From contig OZ365118.1 of NCBI GenBank assembly GCA_977030845.1, positions 12,400,001 through 12,464,000 of the forward strand: a stretch of DNA of 64,000 bases, given 5' to 3'. Position 1 is the first letter of the stretch; each line of letters begins with the position of its first letter. Under the pieces are notes generated by a model that saw nothing but the letters and a program-made list of their open reading frames with translations, made no database searches and had not been told where the DNA came from. Position numbers and translations under genes: made by a program. The stretch is from Fimbriosthenelais zetlandica. Taxonomy: Eukaryota. Below, piece after piece: positions 25,464 through 39,600 of this stretch.

Positions 25464-25671
25464 AACCCGGAGCACACTAATCCGATTCTCTATCCAGCTC
25501 CATCCGATAGCTCTCAGAAAGTATATTTCTATTCACAAATGCATGTAATTTGAACAGACCTTTACACCTAAGTAAGACTAACCACTGACAAAATTTTAAT
25601 CATTAGATACCAATAGAAATAGGCGATCGCATGGCGAAGAATTTGAGAATCGGATTAGTGTGTTCCATGCT
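25464..25671 (+). mobile_element. MITE family B, full copy
   Basis: GGAGCACACTAATCCGATTCTCTATCCAGCTCCATC...GAGAATCGGATTAGTGTGTTCCATGCT, preceded by TTA. Confidence 0.85.
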
Positions 25672-26540
25672 TTTCACATGGCGAGATGGTAGACCCTTTG
25701 TTTCCTCATTTAGTGGGTGTTGCTCTGTGATTTCCCAACACAGCGTGAGTGACAGTTGATTAATTATTCAACCCCTCTCTCTCTGATGGTCTGTGCCTAT
25801 TAAGACCCCGCTTTGCCAACTGGCTCGACTACCTGTGGAGGTCGCGACCTTCCATTCCCCAGGCCCGGGAGCCACTTGTACCTGGCTGCTCCCCATCCCA
25901 AGCTCTCACCACCTCCGCCAAAGACACCAGTTAATTGCAAGGGTATATCGTTTCTGCCTTTCATTTTGCGGAGTGAAGGGTGATTTTGCCCAATTAGGAT
26001 GGCTCCTTTGCACTAGGATTGCATGTGGCGTGACAACGCAATGTTTTTTTTGGCTTTCGCCTTTCAGGCACAGTGGGAGATAGGGAAGTCAGGTCTGTCC
26101 CCAAAATAGAGACCGGACAGAGGTAGATAATATATTGCTCAATCACCTCAATTTCTAGTCTTCTAACAAAGTTGCTGGGTCTATAATTGGGATTAGTGAT
26201 TTGGGGCACCACACCCCATGCATTCTACCCTCCCACCCTCCCATCCATCCATCCACCCATCCATCCATCCATCCATCCACCCCCTCCAATAAACCCAACA
26301 CGCCTATAGATTCTCACTGTAGTACAGATGTGGGACTCGACAAAGACATCTACCATCACGCTATACTGCTGATTCAGATCGTGTGATCATGGCCAACTGT
26401 TTTAAAGCTCTAATTATTATGGCCGGATACCAATTGGGTTCTCAATTGGTGCAGCTTCTGCATAGACACGATATCAAAGGTAGAGCGTTGCCTTATAACG
26501 GCAAAAAGGGTGGGGCTAGAAGTATGCATTGTCCTGGGTG

Positions 26541-26870
26541 GGGCTGTGGTTGTGGCAGTACATGTATAATGTTTTCAACTTGAATACAGAGGTCCCTGGT
26601 TCAATTCCCCAAGCATTCCCCTTATATGCCATTGTCCTTCTCCAGTATTATCAAAGATCAAATATGTCTAACACTGTAAAGAAATTTTAAAAATTCTTTT
26701 TCCTAATACCGGTGGTAAAATAGTACTCAAGAAGGGAGAAAATATGTCTAAAACTGTCTGTGGTGAGAGGCTTGTAAAAGCATCATTGAGAGTCCTGTCA
26801 TTCGATAGGACTACAGGACAATCTCCACTGACAACGTGTTTCCTAATCGTCCTGAACGATATCAAATTCA
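26541..26870 (+). mobile_element. tRNA-derived SINE family 2 (V-domain-like)
   Basis: B box GGTTCAATTCC at 26598-26608, body CTGTCTGTGGTGAGAGGCTTGTAAAAG. The GTAAAAGAT...GAAGAAGAGCA segment seen in other copies resembles, from memory, the V-SINE domain. Confidence 0.65.
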
Positions 26871-29435
26871 CTCTTACCTTCACCTAAAACTGCACTATCA
26901 TTTCCAAGGGTGATAATAATGCACAGAATGGCAGCCAAATGTTTAGTTGTTTGGGGGAGACTAAGGGGACAAACAGGACCCATTCTGGGATGCAGCTCGG
27001 CTATATGGCAGCAGACTGCACGAGTGACCCTAGCAATTCAAATCAGCCGGCCCACAATAAACCCATTAAGCTCAAACAAATTTCAGCAATTTGATTTCTC
27101 GCTCGGTAATGGCCCTTGTTGCTAGACCCAAAAGGAACAGGTCCGCAATGCAGGTCTGTGTAAGTGACCATCAAGAGAGAGACGGGGAGGAAGGACTCTG
27201 CAGGGGGGCTCAGACCATGAATATTCATGACTCATTGTTTCATACAGCCATGAGATAGGGATTTGGGTGGTTTATTTGCTGTGCTAACGAGGCACGCTCT
27301 TTTGACCAGGTGTTGATGAGGACTTAATCTGGATAGATGGAGTCCCTCCTGGGACGTCCGTGGAGGGAGCACGCTTGGCACCCGTACCGCTCGGGGATCT
27401 GTTAAGTGCCAAACGGTGCCGAATTTGTCCAATTGTGGCGGGTCGGTGCGTGGTCTGAATATAGATCCACACATGGCAGGGGTTTAATAATTCCTCCCCG
27501 GACGACCCTGTAAGGCTAGACAGATCCAGAATGACTCTTTAGTGTCGGTGTTTTGATGATGTGGGATACCCATAGAAAAGACCCCGCGGGGTGGTATGGC
27601 CCGCGGCCAGTCCCATCCTATAAAAGACATAAACTCAATCCTTTTCCCATGTATATACACAAGCTACACCGAGCCCTTCAACTTTGAACATCTCAGAGTC
27701 CTAATCCCGATTTTACCTCCATATCCACTGCCGCCGCCCTGGCAGGCACAAATCATTCCAGGGCGGGCCGCGAGCCAAGCCAGGTAAAACAATAAAAAAC
27801 ACATAAAACCCAGCCCCAGCAGACACCCACGCCTCCCTCCATCCATCCACCGCTGATATTGTTGCCCCATCAAACAGCAAATTGCCAAGTCTAGTGTTAT
27901 CAATATTTGAGGAAGTCTTTGCCGCGGCTCGATCGGAGGGGTTCTGTGTATATTGTCTCGCCTTCTCTGCGTCGTCGTTCGCTCTGGGTTTTTTTTACCA
28001 GTGGCTTTAGCAGAAAGCCTAGCATCATCTATCCATGATAGATCAGCGGAGGTAAGTTAATTGCCACCCTGTCGCTGTGTTTGAACTTTGCAAATCACTA
28101 CTCGGGCTTGTAGGATCAAGTCTCAACGAGCGATCGTCGCTTATCGGCGAGCTTTCGCATGGTTGGCGCTCGAGCTCACATTGTATTGCTAACAGAAGCT
28201 TTCCAGTAGTACACAGTATGCGGTGCAGGGCTGGCTGGGGCGAGGGAATAAGGCCGGTTTTTATATACTTCTTACAATAGACGGAGCAGGGGACGGATGT
28301 TAGAAAGGGACCTACTCTTCCACTCTGACGGTCACGGCGAAAAAAAGAGTCTAAAACTTGTTTGGTTATCGGTTATAAGCAGCGCGTACTGTCGGAGGAC
28401 TGGGGATGTGGGGATCTGTTCAGTGATTAGAGACAAGCTGAGGGATCATTGAATGACGGATGAATTCCCAAGCTAAAAGTATAGAGATGTAGGAGGAAGG
28501 ACAGAGTGAAGATTAAATATCCACAAAAGAGGAGAATAATAGCAGTAGCAGTGCTGCGAGCTGCAGCTCTCTAAAGCGTGTCTGTAGAATAGAGCATTAT
28601 GTGATTCTCTAACTGATTTACCCAGAGACTGCATTAATACACTATGTATTGCTATATGATAGATAAAGCTTCGGATCTTCTGTCTCGGTAAAATTCCAAG
28701 CTAGATGTTGTATTTTGCTTTTGATACGTTGGGGATCATCAGAAGACATTAATACTTTTTCAATGAGGAAAGGATATATATGCTTACGTCATACTTTATG
28801 TTAATTATCTCTCTACTCTTAAAAATAGTGCACTGAGCATTGCCTCAGATTTTGTATTCTTAGTGCCAAAAAACGCTAAACGTAGATCAATCCCTTTAGT
28901 TACAAATGAGGTTATTATGAAATGCAATGATGTAAATAAGATAAAATGTATATGTATTAAGTACATATCAAAATAACATTTAAAACGCCATAGAAACTAG
29001 AACTATGAATATCAATTTTAAAACTGTTTCTTAATTTTATCTGATTATTAATTGCCGCTGTGCCCGCCAGATACCAAGCCCTGTATTTTTGCCCTTTTGA
29101 TGTTCTCGAGAAAAGGTTTAAAACATAGAGGCCGTTTAAGGAACAAAACAGTGAAGATTTCTTTGTGCCTTCTTGCCTTTTCTCACGATAAATTGCCATC
29201 GATCTTAATGCTTAAAGGCCTAGTGCTACAATTATTTGGTAGGCACACAATCCAATGTTTAGTTCTTCAAAATTTCAAATGAATTAGTTGCTCCAATTCA
29301 GTCTACCAGTCTAGCATTTCATGCACATTTCTACCAATCCATCCTACAAATATCTTGCAACATTCAAAGAAATGTCGTAAATTCTGGTCGCAATATTGAA
29401 GACAATCCAAATGGCTTGTTGCTATAACATTACAC

Positions 29436-29840
29436 AAACTCACTAAAGTGACCATCTCACTATAAGACCACAATTATTTCAGTCCCGAGAGTAGCAGTCT
29501 AGTGGGACTCAACTGTATATCTGGCTAAATCAGCTGTCTCATTATTCGACCACTAAACGGTCATAACCAAATGTTTTAACACAAACTAAAGCTACCATCT
29601 ATATGAGACCAAAATTAGTTCAGTCCCAAGGGTAATTATACATGTACAGCAATTGCGCCCTAACCGCCTACGGTACAGATTGATTGACAAGCCCAGACAA
29701 CCATCTCACTAAAGCGACCATCTCATTATCCGACCACTAAATGATCATATACAGACTAAAGCAACCATGCCCTATATATATGAAAGCACAATTAGTCCAG
29801 TCCCTTGGGTGGTATAGCATTAGCGGGCCCTCACTGCATA
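29436..29840 (-). mobile_element. Three tandem degraded units related to the 51360 element
   Basis: Repeated CTAAAGCGACCATCTC...AGACCACAATT...CAGTCCC, the reverse complement of GGGACTGAG...GTGGTC...GGTGGTCGCTTCAGTGAG at 51392-51440. Confidence 0.6.
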
Positions 29841-31090
29841 CACCATACCGGCTTAGAGTCAGTGAGAACCCCCTGCGTGTTTGCACTTGAAGTGGCTTCG
29901 GGCCTGGCTTCCATGTTTACATGTCTTTGCACTGTGTATACCTATTCACAATGACAGATTCACTCCGTCTTACGGCGCTCTCCGATGTCTGCCATGGATT
30001 AAGGCACCATCCATCATTGCCAGCACTTGTAGAAATTTTTATGCTAAAATCGAGGTTAAAATGAAAGCCGGGCCATCGCGAGCTAATCAAAAAGCATCAG
30101 GAGCAGCTCGGGGTAGTTTATGGAGTCACTAGGGACAGACTGGGGTGAGTGGAACTGATCGGGACAGCTCCCAGCTCCCTAGAATTTTTTTTCATTTTTT
30201 TTTCCGTTTTTATCTTGTATTTTATGAGTAGAAGTTTTCACCAGGTTTTAACATATGTGGTGCTTACAGTTGCACCGAAGGTTAAGTCGTAAAAATGAAT
30301 ATTTTCAGATATAAACTGATCGATGGAGCTATGAACTATTAATGCACTGAAAACATTATGCTCTGGTTACAAATTTACAATTCTGTGTCCTTCAATTTAC
30401 AAATTTCTATCCTTCATATATACACAATTTTAAAAGAAACCGATGGATTATTTGTGTGAAACTTTAGCAGTTGAAACTTGGAAGCTCAATCTTGGAAATT
30501 GCTTGAGACGGCTGAACTTCCGGACTGTCAAAGGGTCATTTTCATATGCAATTGCAATCTATTTTGACGTTTTCTTTTTAAAGTAAATCAAAATCACATC
30601 ATGGAAGATATGGAGAAGTCCTGTCCGAAACCCGGTGAAAGCTTTCAGTTTTCTTCCAATACATCAAACTAGTTTTGTCATGTCTTTGATCAGAGTGACT
30701 GTGTAGTAGTGGTGGTGGTAGGGAGAGAGATAGACAGAGCTTCAGTCAATCATGAAGTGAGGCCTATAGATATGACCACCACCTCCATCTAGAGCGGCCC
30801 ATACACTATAGAGATGACCAATATGATGTATAATGTTGTCGCCAGACGTCACTGCTAGCAATACAGGCTGTCAGGTTTTAGGGTCATGAACGTCAGAACG
30901 TCGGCGTTTTGACGTCATTATGAAGGCGATGATGGTGCTACCATGATGGCATGCAAAGCTGGTGTCAACAAGAGAAGACTGGTGTCAGTGGGGGTGGGTT
31001 GGTGAGAGATTTGGGTTTGGGTTGGTGGTTTGGGTTTTAGATATAAATGGGTTGTGAGTGAGGGAGTGAGTGAGTGAGGGGGTGAGTGGG

Positions 31091-31226
31091 TGAGTGAATT
31101 TGTTTAGAAATATGCACTGACAACAGGATTTTGGGTATTTCTTTTATTGAGATTCTACAAAGTATTACCAATTTTGAATATGTTCAATTTAGTTTGCTTG
31201 ACACTAGCATGTTGCTTATGTTAGGG
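31091..31226 (-). repeat. Unclassified dispersed repeat, copy 2 (inverted)
   Basis: Reverse complement matches 4075-4210. It also abuts a (GTGA)n tract. Confidence 0.85.
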
Positions 31227-34200
31227 TTTCTTCTGAACCCTTAAACGAAATTATATCTAAAGTGTTTTTGATGAGGGTGTTTCAGATAGAGCTGGGAGTG
31301 GGTGGGTGTATGTGTGTGAGTGGGAGGGTTGGTGAGTGGGGGATAGGTTAGGTGCATGGTTGGGCCTTGTTAGTAGGGTGTGCGAATGGCATAAACGTAA
31401 GTGGCTTCAGCTCTTGTATAAGTGGCTTTACGTCTTGAATAATGAAGGGTTGTTGGGTTGTGAGGTTGGGGGTTCTTGATAGAGCTGCATGGGTTTGTGG
31501 GTGGGTTTTGGGGTGGGTTATATGGGTGTGACTGGTATATAAGTGACTTCACGTTAGGAATAGTCTATTCTTCGCTTGCTTAGTGCCCACTGCCTCTCCA
31601 CTTCCTGCTGCCCTTTCCGCTAATCTTCTCTCATCACTGGGGAAGGGGAAGGAATGACATTTCTAACTTCCTTCTAAATCTCCACTTACTCCCAGACCTT
31701 TCGACCCTCGATCATAGACTCCGATATACCAGCGGAGGTGTATGTAAATATGGTAATAATTCCTCATAATTCCCACATTTTCCTGTCCGCTTTCTTTTCA
31801 GTCTTGAGTCCCAAGCCTACAAGTGTCCCAAATATTGTTTCAGCATAATATAAGGCTTCATCGAGCCTAGGCCCAGGCATCAGTGCTTTTACTATAATAT
31901 AGTTTTATTTAGGATCAGAAAGTCTCTAGATTCCTAGATTCGCCTCCAGGTCGGTTCTATATAAGCAAGAGTTTTTGAAGTAATCGCTTGTGTCCAAGCA
32001 ATGCCTCATGAACATGTGGCTTCATCTACTTGTAACCCAGGTATATATAGGGAAGCCTTCAACATTGAGTGGGGGTAAGGCAGTCTCTAGTTCCCACTGT
32101 TTAAGAAGCAGAGAGGGAGCATGTATTATTTACAAGAAGAAGCTGGGCGGACATGGCAGTCACGTGGGAGGAGGACGTCGTAGCGTCTGATGACACTCGA
32201 TCAGTCATGGTGGCTCCTCTCATTGTCATCTCACTAGGCGTCGCTACCTAGCAACATGCCGCATCCAATTAAACTAATGCATTCCCATGCTGGTTCATAA
32301 TGAGCCCAGCATTACCGTGTCCCCGCTGACCCCGAGGGTGTATATGAGGGAATAATCCGTCAGTCTTAAGGCAACGACCTCGGGAGATATCCCCAGCTCG
32401 GTTCATATGACACGTCCATGATAAATAGGTCTTTCAGGGACTCCTGAATGGCTCATTGATGGCTCGGTGGGATTGGAATTTACTTATATATATATAGGAG
32501 TATGTGGTATAAATGTGGTAATTATTCCCCCCGGGGATGTAGCTCGATCGTGGGTAAATAAGAATCCGACACCGTGTTAACACCATCCGAGTGACATACA
32601 GTATAATGTTATTGATATGTGATATTTAGGAAAGTATTTTTTGTTTTTGTTTGGGGGGGGGGGGGGGGGGGGAGTGCACCGATTTCACATTTGACTATTT
32701 TAAGTAAATTGTATATAAATCCCTGATGTTTAATGATTCGAGAGATTCTAATATAGTAGCTCATGTATACATGTTTCTAAAAATACCTATTTATAAATTA
32801 TGTATTTTGCTCAGTTGCTCAGGAAAATAGACTACTTCCAGTTATCAATAACACATTATGGGATTCACTATATATAATAGAGCCAGCAGGGCCAAATGCT
32901 GTGGATATGACCATGTATTTAAACATGTACCACAGTATGTCATGGTGATATACTGATAATAGGTAATAAATAGAAGCCACTGACTTGGCTTCGGGCTCAC
33001 AGTCATGTTCTATCGAGCCGCTCACAGTCATGTTCTATCGAGCCGTTCACATTCCTGTATAGAGAGAGAGAGTCAGCAATGAAGACCTGTAATACAGAAA
33101 GTCCCCATGTCAGCTAAAGGCCTTCCATGGATTAATGAATGCTATAGCCCCCGCCGCAGCCGCGGGCCCCATTTTATGCATGTTTCCATGGTGAGGAGTC
33201 AGAAACATGTCTGTTTTCCCACCATTTGTCTTGATTTTCCCTCCTCCTTCTCATGACCACCAAGGCAGGGTGTGAGTGACAAATAGAAGAAGTCACAGAC
33301 GCTAGGTTCCAGTCGATGCCCCTTCCTTCAACCCCTTCAGGGAGAGCTCATATGTCTTGCCAACACCCGCGAGGGAACTTGGCGAGGGATTCCAAAATAT
33401 TTGCTTGCGCCTCTCAATCAAACGTCTGGTGGGTTGGAATCAGACAGGGATGGAGCCAATAATCAGGCAGGGAGATGACTGTGGATGCTTTGCCGGGCCC
33501 AGATTTCAAACACTCAGACATTGCAGTCCCCAGCAGCCATCTAATCATTCAGGAACGCCAGGCCCACATAAAGCAATTGTTTTCCCTATCATCGCTCATT
33601 TTAATTCGGTAAATCGCGGCGGCGGCCATTGCTTACCAAACCTGATATAGAAAATGCTCGAGTGAACCTCAGCTGAGCACACACAATTAAAAGCAATGCT
33701 AATTGCTAATTAAGCGTTCTGTTTGCCGTGATGCTACCGGAAGTTGGTGATTCCAAATGCATGTTGGGTAAATACTGCCAAATGTCTGTTCGTGACAGGC
33801 CGTCAACATGCATTGAACACAGAATTGGAAAATGTAGATTGGATGTGATGTTGGCTGGGATGGCTACAATAACTGGACCAATAAGAAAGAAAGGGCAGTA
33901 AATACACATCCATAATTTAGTTGCTTATTGCTGGACATTGGCCTGTTAATCGGTCGTTAAATTGAGCACGTAATGCCCGGTGCAATTCAATAGCCATCGG
34001 TGCAGCAAACCCGCCGATGGACTACCTATAAAAACGGCCTTTTGCAATTACAGTGCAGGATGTATTGCCATGTTTGGCCTTTCACAAAATCTAAAAGTTG
34101 GGAAATATCTGAGAATTAATGGAGAAAATACTGGTTTGGGATCATAATAGGGGGTAGTGTCGCCAGATGCAATTTGATCATCATGAGTGCATAGCAATAA

Positions 34201-35170
34201 AGGTGCAATCGGAGGAGATATTGCTTTTTTAGGTTTTCATAAAAAATTTAATATGGATGGACAGATTAATAATTGTTGACATAGTGATTTGACAAAAAAA
34301 AAGAGACAAAACCATTGACATGATCGTAAGATCCTACAAATTAAGTTGGAGTCTTCAGAATTTGCTTAAGCATGCAATGATTTCCCGACCCCAACAGGAA
34401 CCTGCTTGAAATAAGCCTATTCATAAATCTTATATCGTTTAAAATACAAAAAATCCAACATAAAAAATCCGTGTCAGGATTTTTGTAAATCCTCAAAATT
34501 TAAAGCCTCAAATTTGTCCTCAACATTACATATTCCATGGATTACATACAAATTCCCATTTTACATTGGGAATAAAGGCAACTACATTCCAATCAATAAA
34601 TCATTAGCCTTTATGCCAGTCAAGCTATAAAGGATGATTTAGATGAACATTATAAGTCATTGTACTAATCCTGTCGGAGCGCCGTACTTATAGATCATTC
34701 CCTGCCCATAATAGCCATCCATTTATACAGAACGTCAAGCTAAAAAAAAACAGTCTGACTTCAAACTATTGATATCCATTTCCTTTAGTGTGGATGGATT
34801 AATTACAGCCTGCCAGAACCACCAAGTGCTGGTTTTACTCCAGTGGGATTTCTCCAGGCTATTTTTTTTGGTAAAAGAATTATATGTTTTTTTTCTCTCT
34901 CTCTCCCGGGTCTTAATAGGTTCTCTATAGTCAAAGACGTCCCAGTTGGATGAAGGGGATTCCCATTCATAACCTTACGAGATTAAAATGGTGTATTTTC
35001 TTCTTGAATATCGTTGGGTTTTTTTATACTTTGGATGGAAATGTCAAGGGATTTGTTTAATATAGAGGATAGCAAGAAGCCAGGCGCAAGAAGCGAGTGA
35101 GTGAGGGGGCGAGTGAGTGAGGGAGGGAGAGAGTGAATGAATGTGTGAGTAGGCCTGGAACAATTTGCTA

Positions 35171-35430
35171 TACCAACTCAACAAGTAAGAAACACGCTGT
35201 CAGCACGTAATGAACTGCTCTTCTCGAGCAAATGTTCTTAAAATTACGCGCTTCTCAATGGTATAGCCATGGGGGTTTCCATATAACCTGGTTACAAATA
35301 TATAAATTTCGGCTTCTGATAGCAGCCAGTTAGCAGCACTGGGTGGAGAATAGTAGGACAAAGACACATTTGGGGAATGTTTGGGGGATTTACCCTTGGG
35401 ACCTCCCGCATTCCAGTGAATTTAAGCAAC
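35171..35430 (-). mobile_element. SINE family 2, inverted copy with a (GAGT)n tract beyond its 3' end
   Basis: CCAGTTAGCAGCACTGG, CTGCTCTTCTCGAG and ACAAGTAAGAAACACGCTG are shared with the 42520 and 57165 copies. Confidence 0.7.
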
Positions 35431-36577
35431 GGAGACTTGGTATGGCCCAAGATGAACGTTACAAACTGCGACAATTCACAGTCGCTCTCGACCTCAGTTA
35501 TATTCGCCTCAGAAAGTGGTCGAGCAATAAATCCCAAACTGTCGTTGGGCTGCTTATTTACTTCAACCTGGAGTGAATAAAAAGAGTGTGACAGGTGCCG
35601 GCTCGCTTCTTGTGTGGCTTTATTTTCACAGTTAGTGTTTGTGAGAACAATGGGCAAAGATTGCACATGGGAAAAACATGACGGATTTCATTGCTTGTTT
35701 CGCAACTAAGACATCACATGCCAATGGCATAGGGGTGTGGGATAGTGGTAGGCATAGGGGTGGGGGTGGTGGGTGTGGGGGTGGGGATAGTGGTAGACAT
35801 AGGGGTGGGGGTGGGGAGATGGGGGTGCCCACCCATCGAACATTAACATCACAACCTGCATGCAGATGCTGCTCTACCAACCAAAAGTTCCATTCTCCTA
35901 ACAACGTGACAAGCTTGTTTTTGGCTGGCAGAATGTCGCTGTCCAGATGTGGGAGGACATCTTGTTTCAGCATGATCGGGCAAGGATGGGCAACCCTCGG
36001 GGGCAAATATGCGCGGCCAGAATAAAAGCATGTGTCACAAACCACCAAGACAGATGCTGGCAACCTCTGCCAGTGACATCTGATGGAATTGTTCCTTCAA
36101 GATGGCCGACTTGGGTCGTCCATGAATATGGGTTTAGTAGGCAGGTCACACTCGCCCGGCCAGCCATTGATTCCAATGCAACAGATTGGCTGTGGTTTGA
36201 TGATGCTGAACACGGTCGGGACAGCCGTTCGACCAATCGAGCAGTTGCAAAAGCATCTTGAGTCTGAAGCCTTATCAGACGGGTAAAGGGCCCATAAGCT
36301 GTGCAGCGACCATCAGTCTTTGCTCTTCGATGGTCATGTGACTAGGGGGGACATCCGGGTCTTGGCAGAGCATCATCGAAGCAGAAAAACAGCCAAGTGG
36401 GCGCGGAGAGCAACAAAATGGCATCCCTGCCACTGGCTAATGGAAACTTTGGAGAGGGAGCGAAAAAAAAAGAGAAATTCTGTTCGCAGCTGATATACAC
36501 CACACCTGCTTTTTGCCCTGGTGGCGTTTTATCGCAGTTGAACGTTTATAAAACAGTGGAAAGTCAGCTCAGGCAGG

Positions 36578-36609
<32 letters not shown>

Positions 36610-39600
36610 GGGGGGGGGGGGGGTACCTGGTTGGCATTCCAACGGCAGGCATGCAGCTTAAAAGAAAGATACTTGTCTTGTATTTCCCCCCATGAATTAA
36701 AGTGCATTAGACAGAGTTGGTTATTCTACCCTGAGCTTAGGTTGCAGCAGGCAATGCTAACATGTCACCCTGATACATTAAACACCCCGCTTGTAAGCTT
36801 AAGTGATAATTATTTATGTCAATTTTTCAAGAGTTACAAGAATGTCTAAATAAAATGTAAGCTACAAGGGAAGGGGTGGTGGTGGTGGTGGTGGGGTGTT
36901 GGAAGAGCCTGAGTGTCAAGACATGAAGGTTTGGATTACAAAATCAAGCTTGCTACACGGTACTGACTAATGCAAAAGTAAAGAACAGGGACAGCTGCTT
37001 AACTGGCAAGGTATACAGTGGGCAGGACCTCAACTCCAGGCCTGATCAATGCTGAAACGCTCAGCTCAAGTGGGGCGTGTGTATGGGGAAGGGATTATGT
37101 CAGGTTTCACGTCTCAATTCTTGTGTTGAGAAGATCAGACTACTGCATTTTGCGCGTGATAAGAGGCGGAGAGAACACGGCTCGGGCCGTGTCCCTGCGA
37201 TCCCCTTTCTTCATTTCAAATTGCATTAGGTAAGCTGCTGGTGCCGGGGAAAAGCGTTCTTCCGCGGCATCTTTGGGTGTGTGTTTCTCTATTTGGAAAG
37301 CGCTTGTGGAAGCGTTCATTCAATGGGTACTTTGGGATAAATCTTTAACAATGAGGTGCTCGGCGATTGGAATTTCACTTAACATCCTCAAGGCCAACAA
37401 GGCACAGACTATGCGATTCTAGGATACTACATTTGCTTTTCTGTAAAGAAAGCAAACGCTATCAATACTAAAATATTCATCATTAAATTCCCAAGCTTCT
37501 TTCCTATTGATAATATCAACTTTAACCTAGATTCAAGGATATATTATTTGTATGCATCCAAGGAATTCCTGAATGGTTCGGTAGATTTGATTTTGCATAA
37601 TCGTAGAGTGAATGCTTGGTGTTAACATTAATTTTTTTTTTTTAAAGAAACCCAACATTCTGTGCATGTTCTATACATTGAAATGCATTCTTATGCAAAT
37701 CAACACACCTGCAGCTGACAGTGCAATTTACTTCAAAAATATAAACTCAATGCTGATAATCACAAAAAGATATACTGATCGATTCTTCATTTTGACAGTT
37801 GAGTCTATGTCGCACGAACGAAGATAAAGAGTGAAGAAATCATAAATATTTAATATACTTTTCAGACTTACCCGTATCAAATGGCGCATTGTGAATGAGG
37901 TGGGAATGATGGAAGGGGATGTATATAGATCGGGCGCCATTTTGGTTTGTGCATGCGTCCTTAGGAGGTTCGACCGCGGGATGATCCTCTGGACTAGCTC
38001 TCGGGTCGATATAAACCCTCTGGGTCTTGGCTGCTGGCACTGAAGCAAAGAGACCGCTTGTAGTTAGCAATGAATCATTCTGATCTGTAATTGCCTCTTG
38101 TGTACAATTTGTCACTGAGTATGATGCGCTAACATTAGTTATAAGAAATAGTGCATGGAGGTGGGATGTCGCGGGGCACGAATCCGGCCCTTCTCCCACG
38201 GGAAACGATGGTGTGAATTCTTGCAGAAGGGGACAAATTACCCGGGATATTTGTACAGGGGGATGTTCCACCCCTATCATACGGGTTTCTTAAAGAATCA
38301 CCATTCGCAGGTTGCCTTTTATTACAAGAGAAGAATATATCACCAAAGGCTTCTTTGAAAGATGCTTAATCGATAATAAGCTATACACATGTATATAAGG
38401 GGATTGTTGGATGGAAATGTGCACTTTCAAGGCAAATCTATGGGAAGATACTAGAACAAAAATGAACTATTTGTGTTGATAGGGATATGCATGGGTCATT
38501 CAGCCTTCCGGTCCAAGAGCGTATAGAACAACCTATAGATTTCTTATCTTTCTAGCAACAATAGATTCTCTTAAGATGTCAAATATCCCTGCAGTCGTGA
38601 GTGGATTGCCCTCCATCAGACACCTTTAAGATATACATAGGAATGTCTTAAGCAGACTCATTAATGTCTGAGTCATTAAGACCTATAGTGCAGTCGATCT
38701 GTGAAACATCATAATGCCTTATGTAATGGAATATTCCCATACGTGTTGAATTATTTATTTTCTAATAATCTCTTGCAGAGATAAATCCTGTTATATGGGC
38801 CTATTATTAACCTTGTGTTTTAATTACATCTGAGGAGTGCGTGGGTTTTTTTTTCTTTAACACGTGTTCCCGACATGAGCATTATAAATCAGTCTGTTAG
38901 TCTCGTTTGATTAGTATTAACATGCTGTAGTCTTTATCCATACTGACGGGCCATAAGATCCGCATTGACAAAACAGATTGACTTTTATGTGAACAAGATA
39001 AGAAGGTTTATTCTGACAAGGTAATTATACGCATGTGTTGCCATCCTATATGTCAGACAGTGGCTTCCTTATGGCGGATCGTAAAAAAACTACAGATGCT
39101 TCATCACAATGTAGTCTATATATCCTATATTGCCATGCCCTCCGCTCCCGATAATGATAAGGGGCTTGTTTCATAAGGAAGATGTGATAGATTAGAAAGT
39201 CTATGGGCCATGGTTCACATATATATCTATCTATTTAGCGACCACAGGGGTGTATTTCACAAAAATAAGCCAATTGTATAAGGTCATCGGCTAAAGTAGT
39301 GTATCTGACAACTGTTTTATAAAAGTGGTGGATTAGGGCTCCAATGTTGAGAATATAGCCAATAGTCAAATATAGTCTAATAGGCGTATATATTGTTTTG
39401 CATCTTTCTTCTGTTATGAAACAGTTATGGAACAGTCTCAGGGAGCCTGATTCATAAAAAAGATTTGATTTAAAAAATTAGCTGAGACAAAGACCGATTT
39501 AGAGCATCTTTCTTCTGAAACATGCTTCAGATCGATGTCTGTTTCATAACAAAAATACCCGGGACCAGGGAAAGCTTATGGATGCATGAGGCACAAGTGT

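Noticed and set aside
9686-31795. Recurrent CCTGTCCGCTT-like motif at about 9690, 23527 and 31782
   Set aside because: Too short to separate from chance without statistics.
35850-36400. GC-richer block with overlapping ORFs, possibly a retroelement relic
   Set aside because: No RT, endonuclease or integrase motif recognised in any listed frame. A translated search would be needed.
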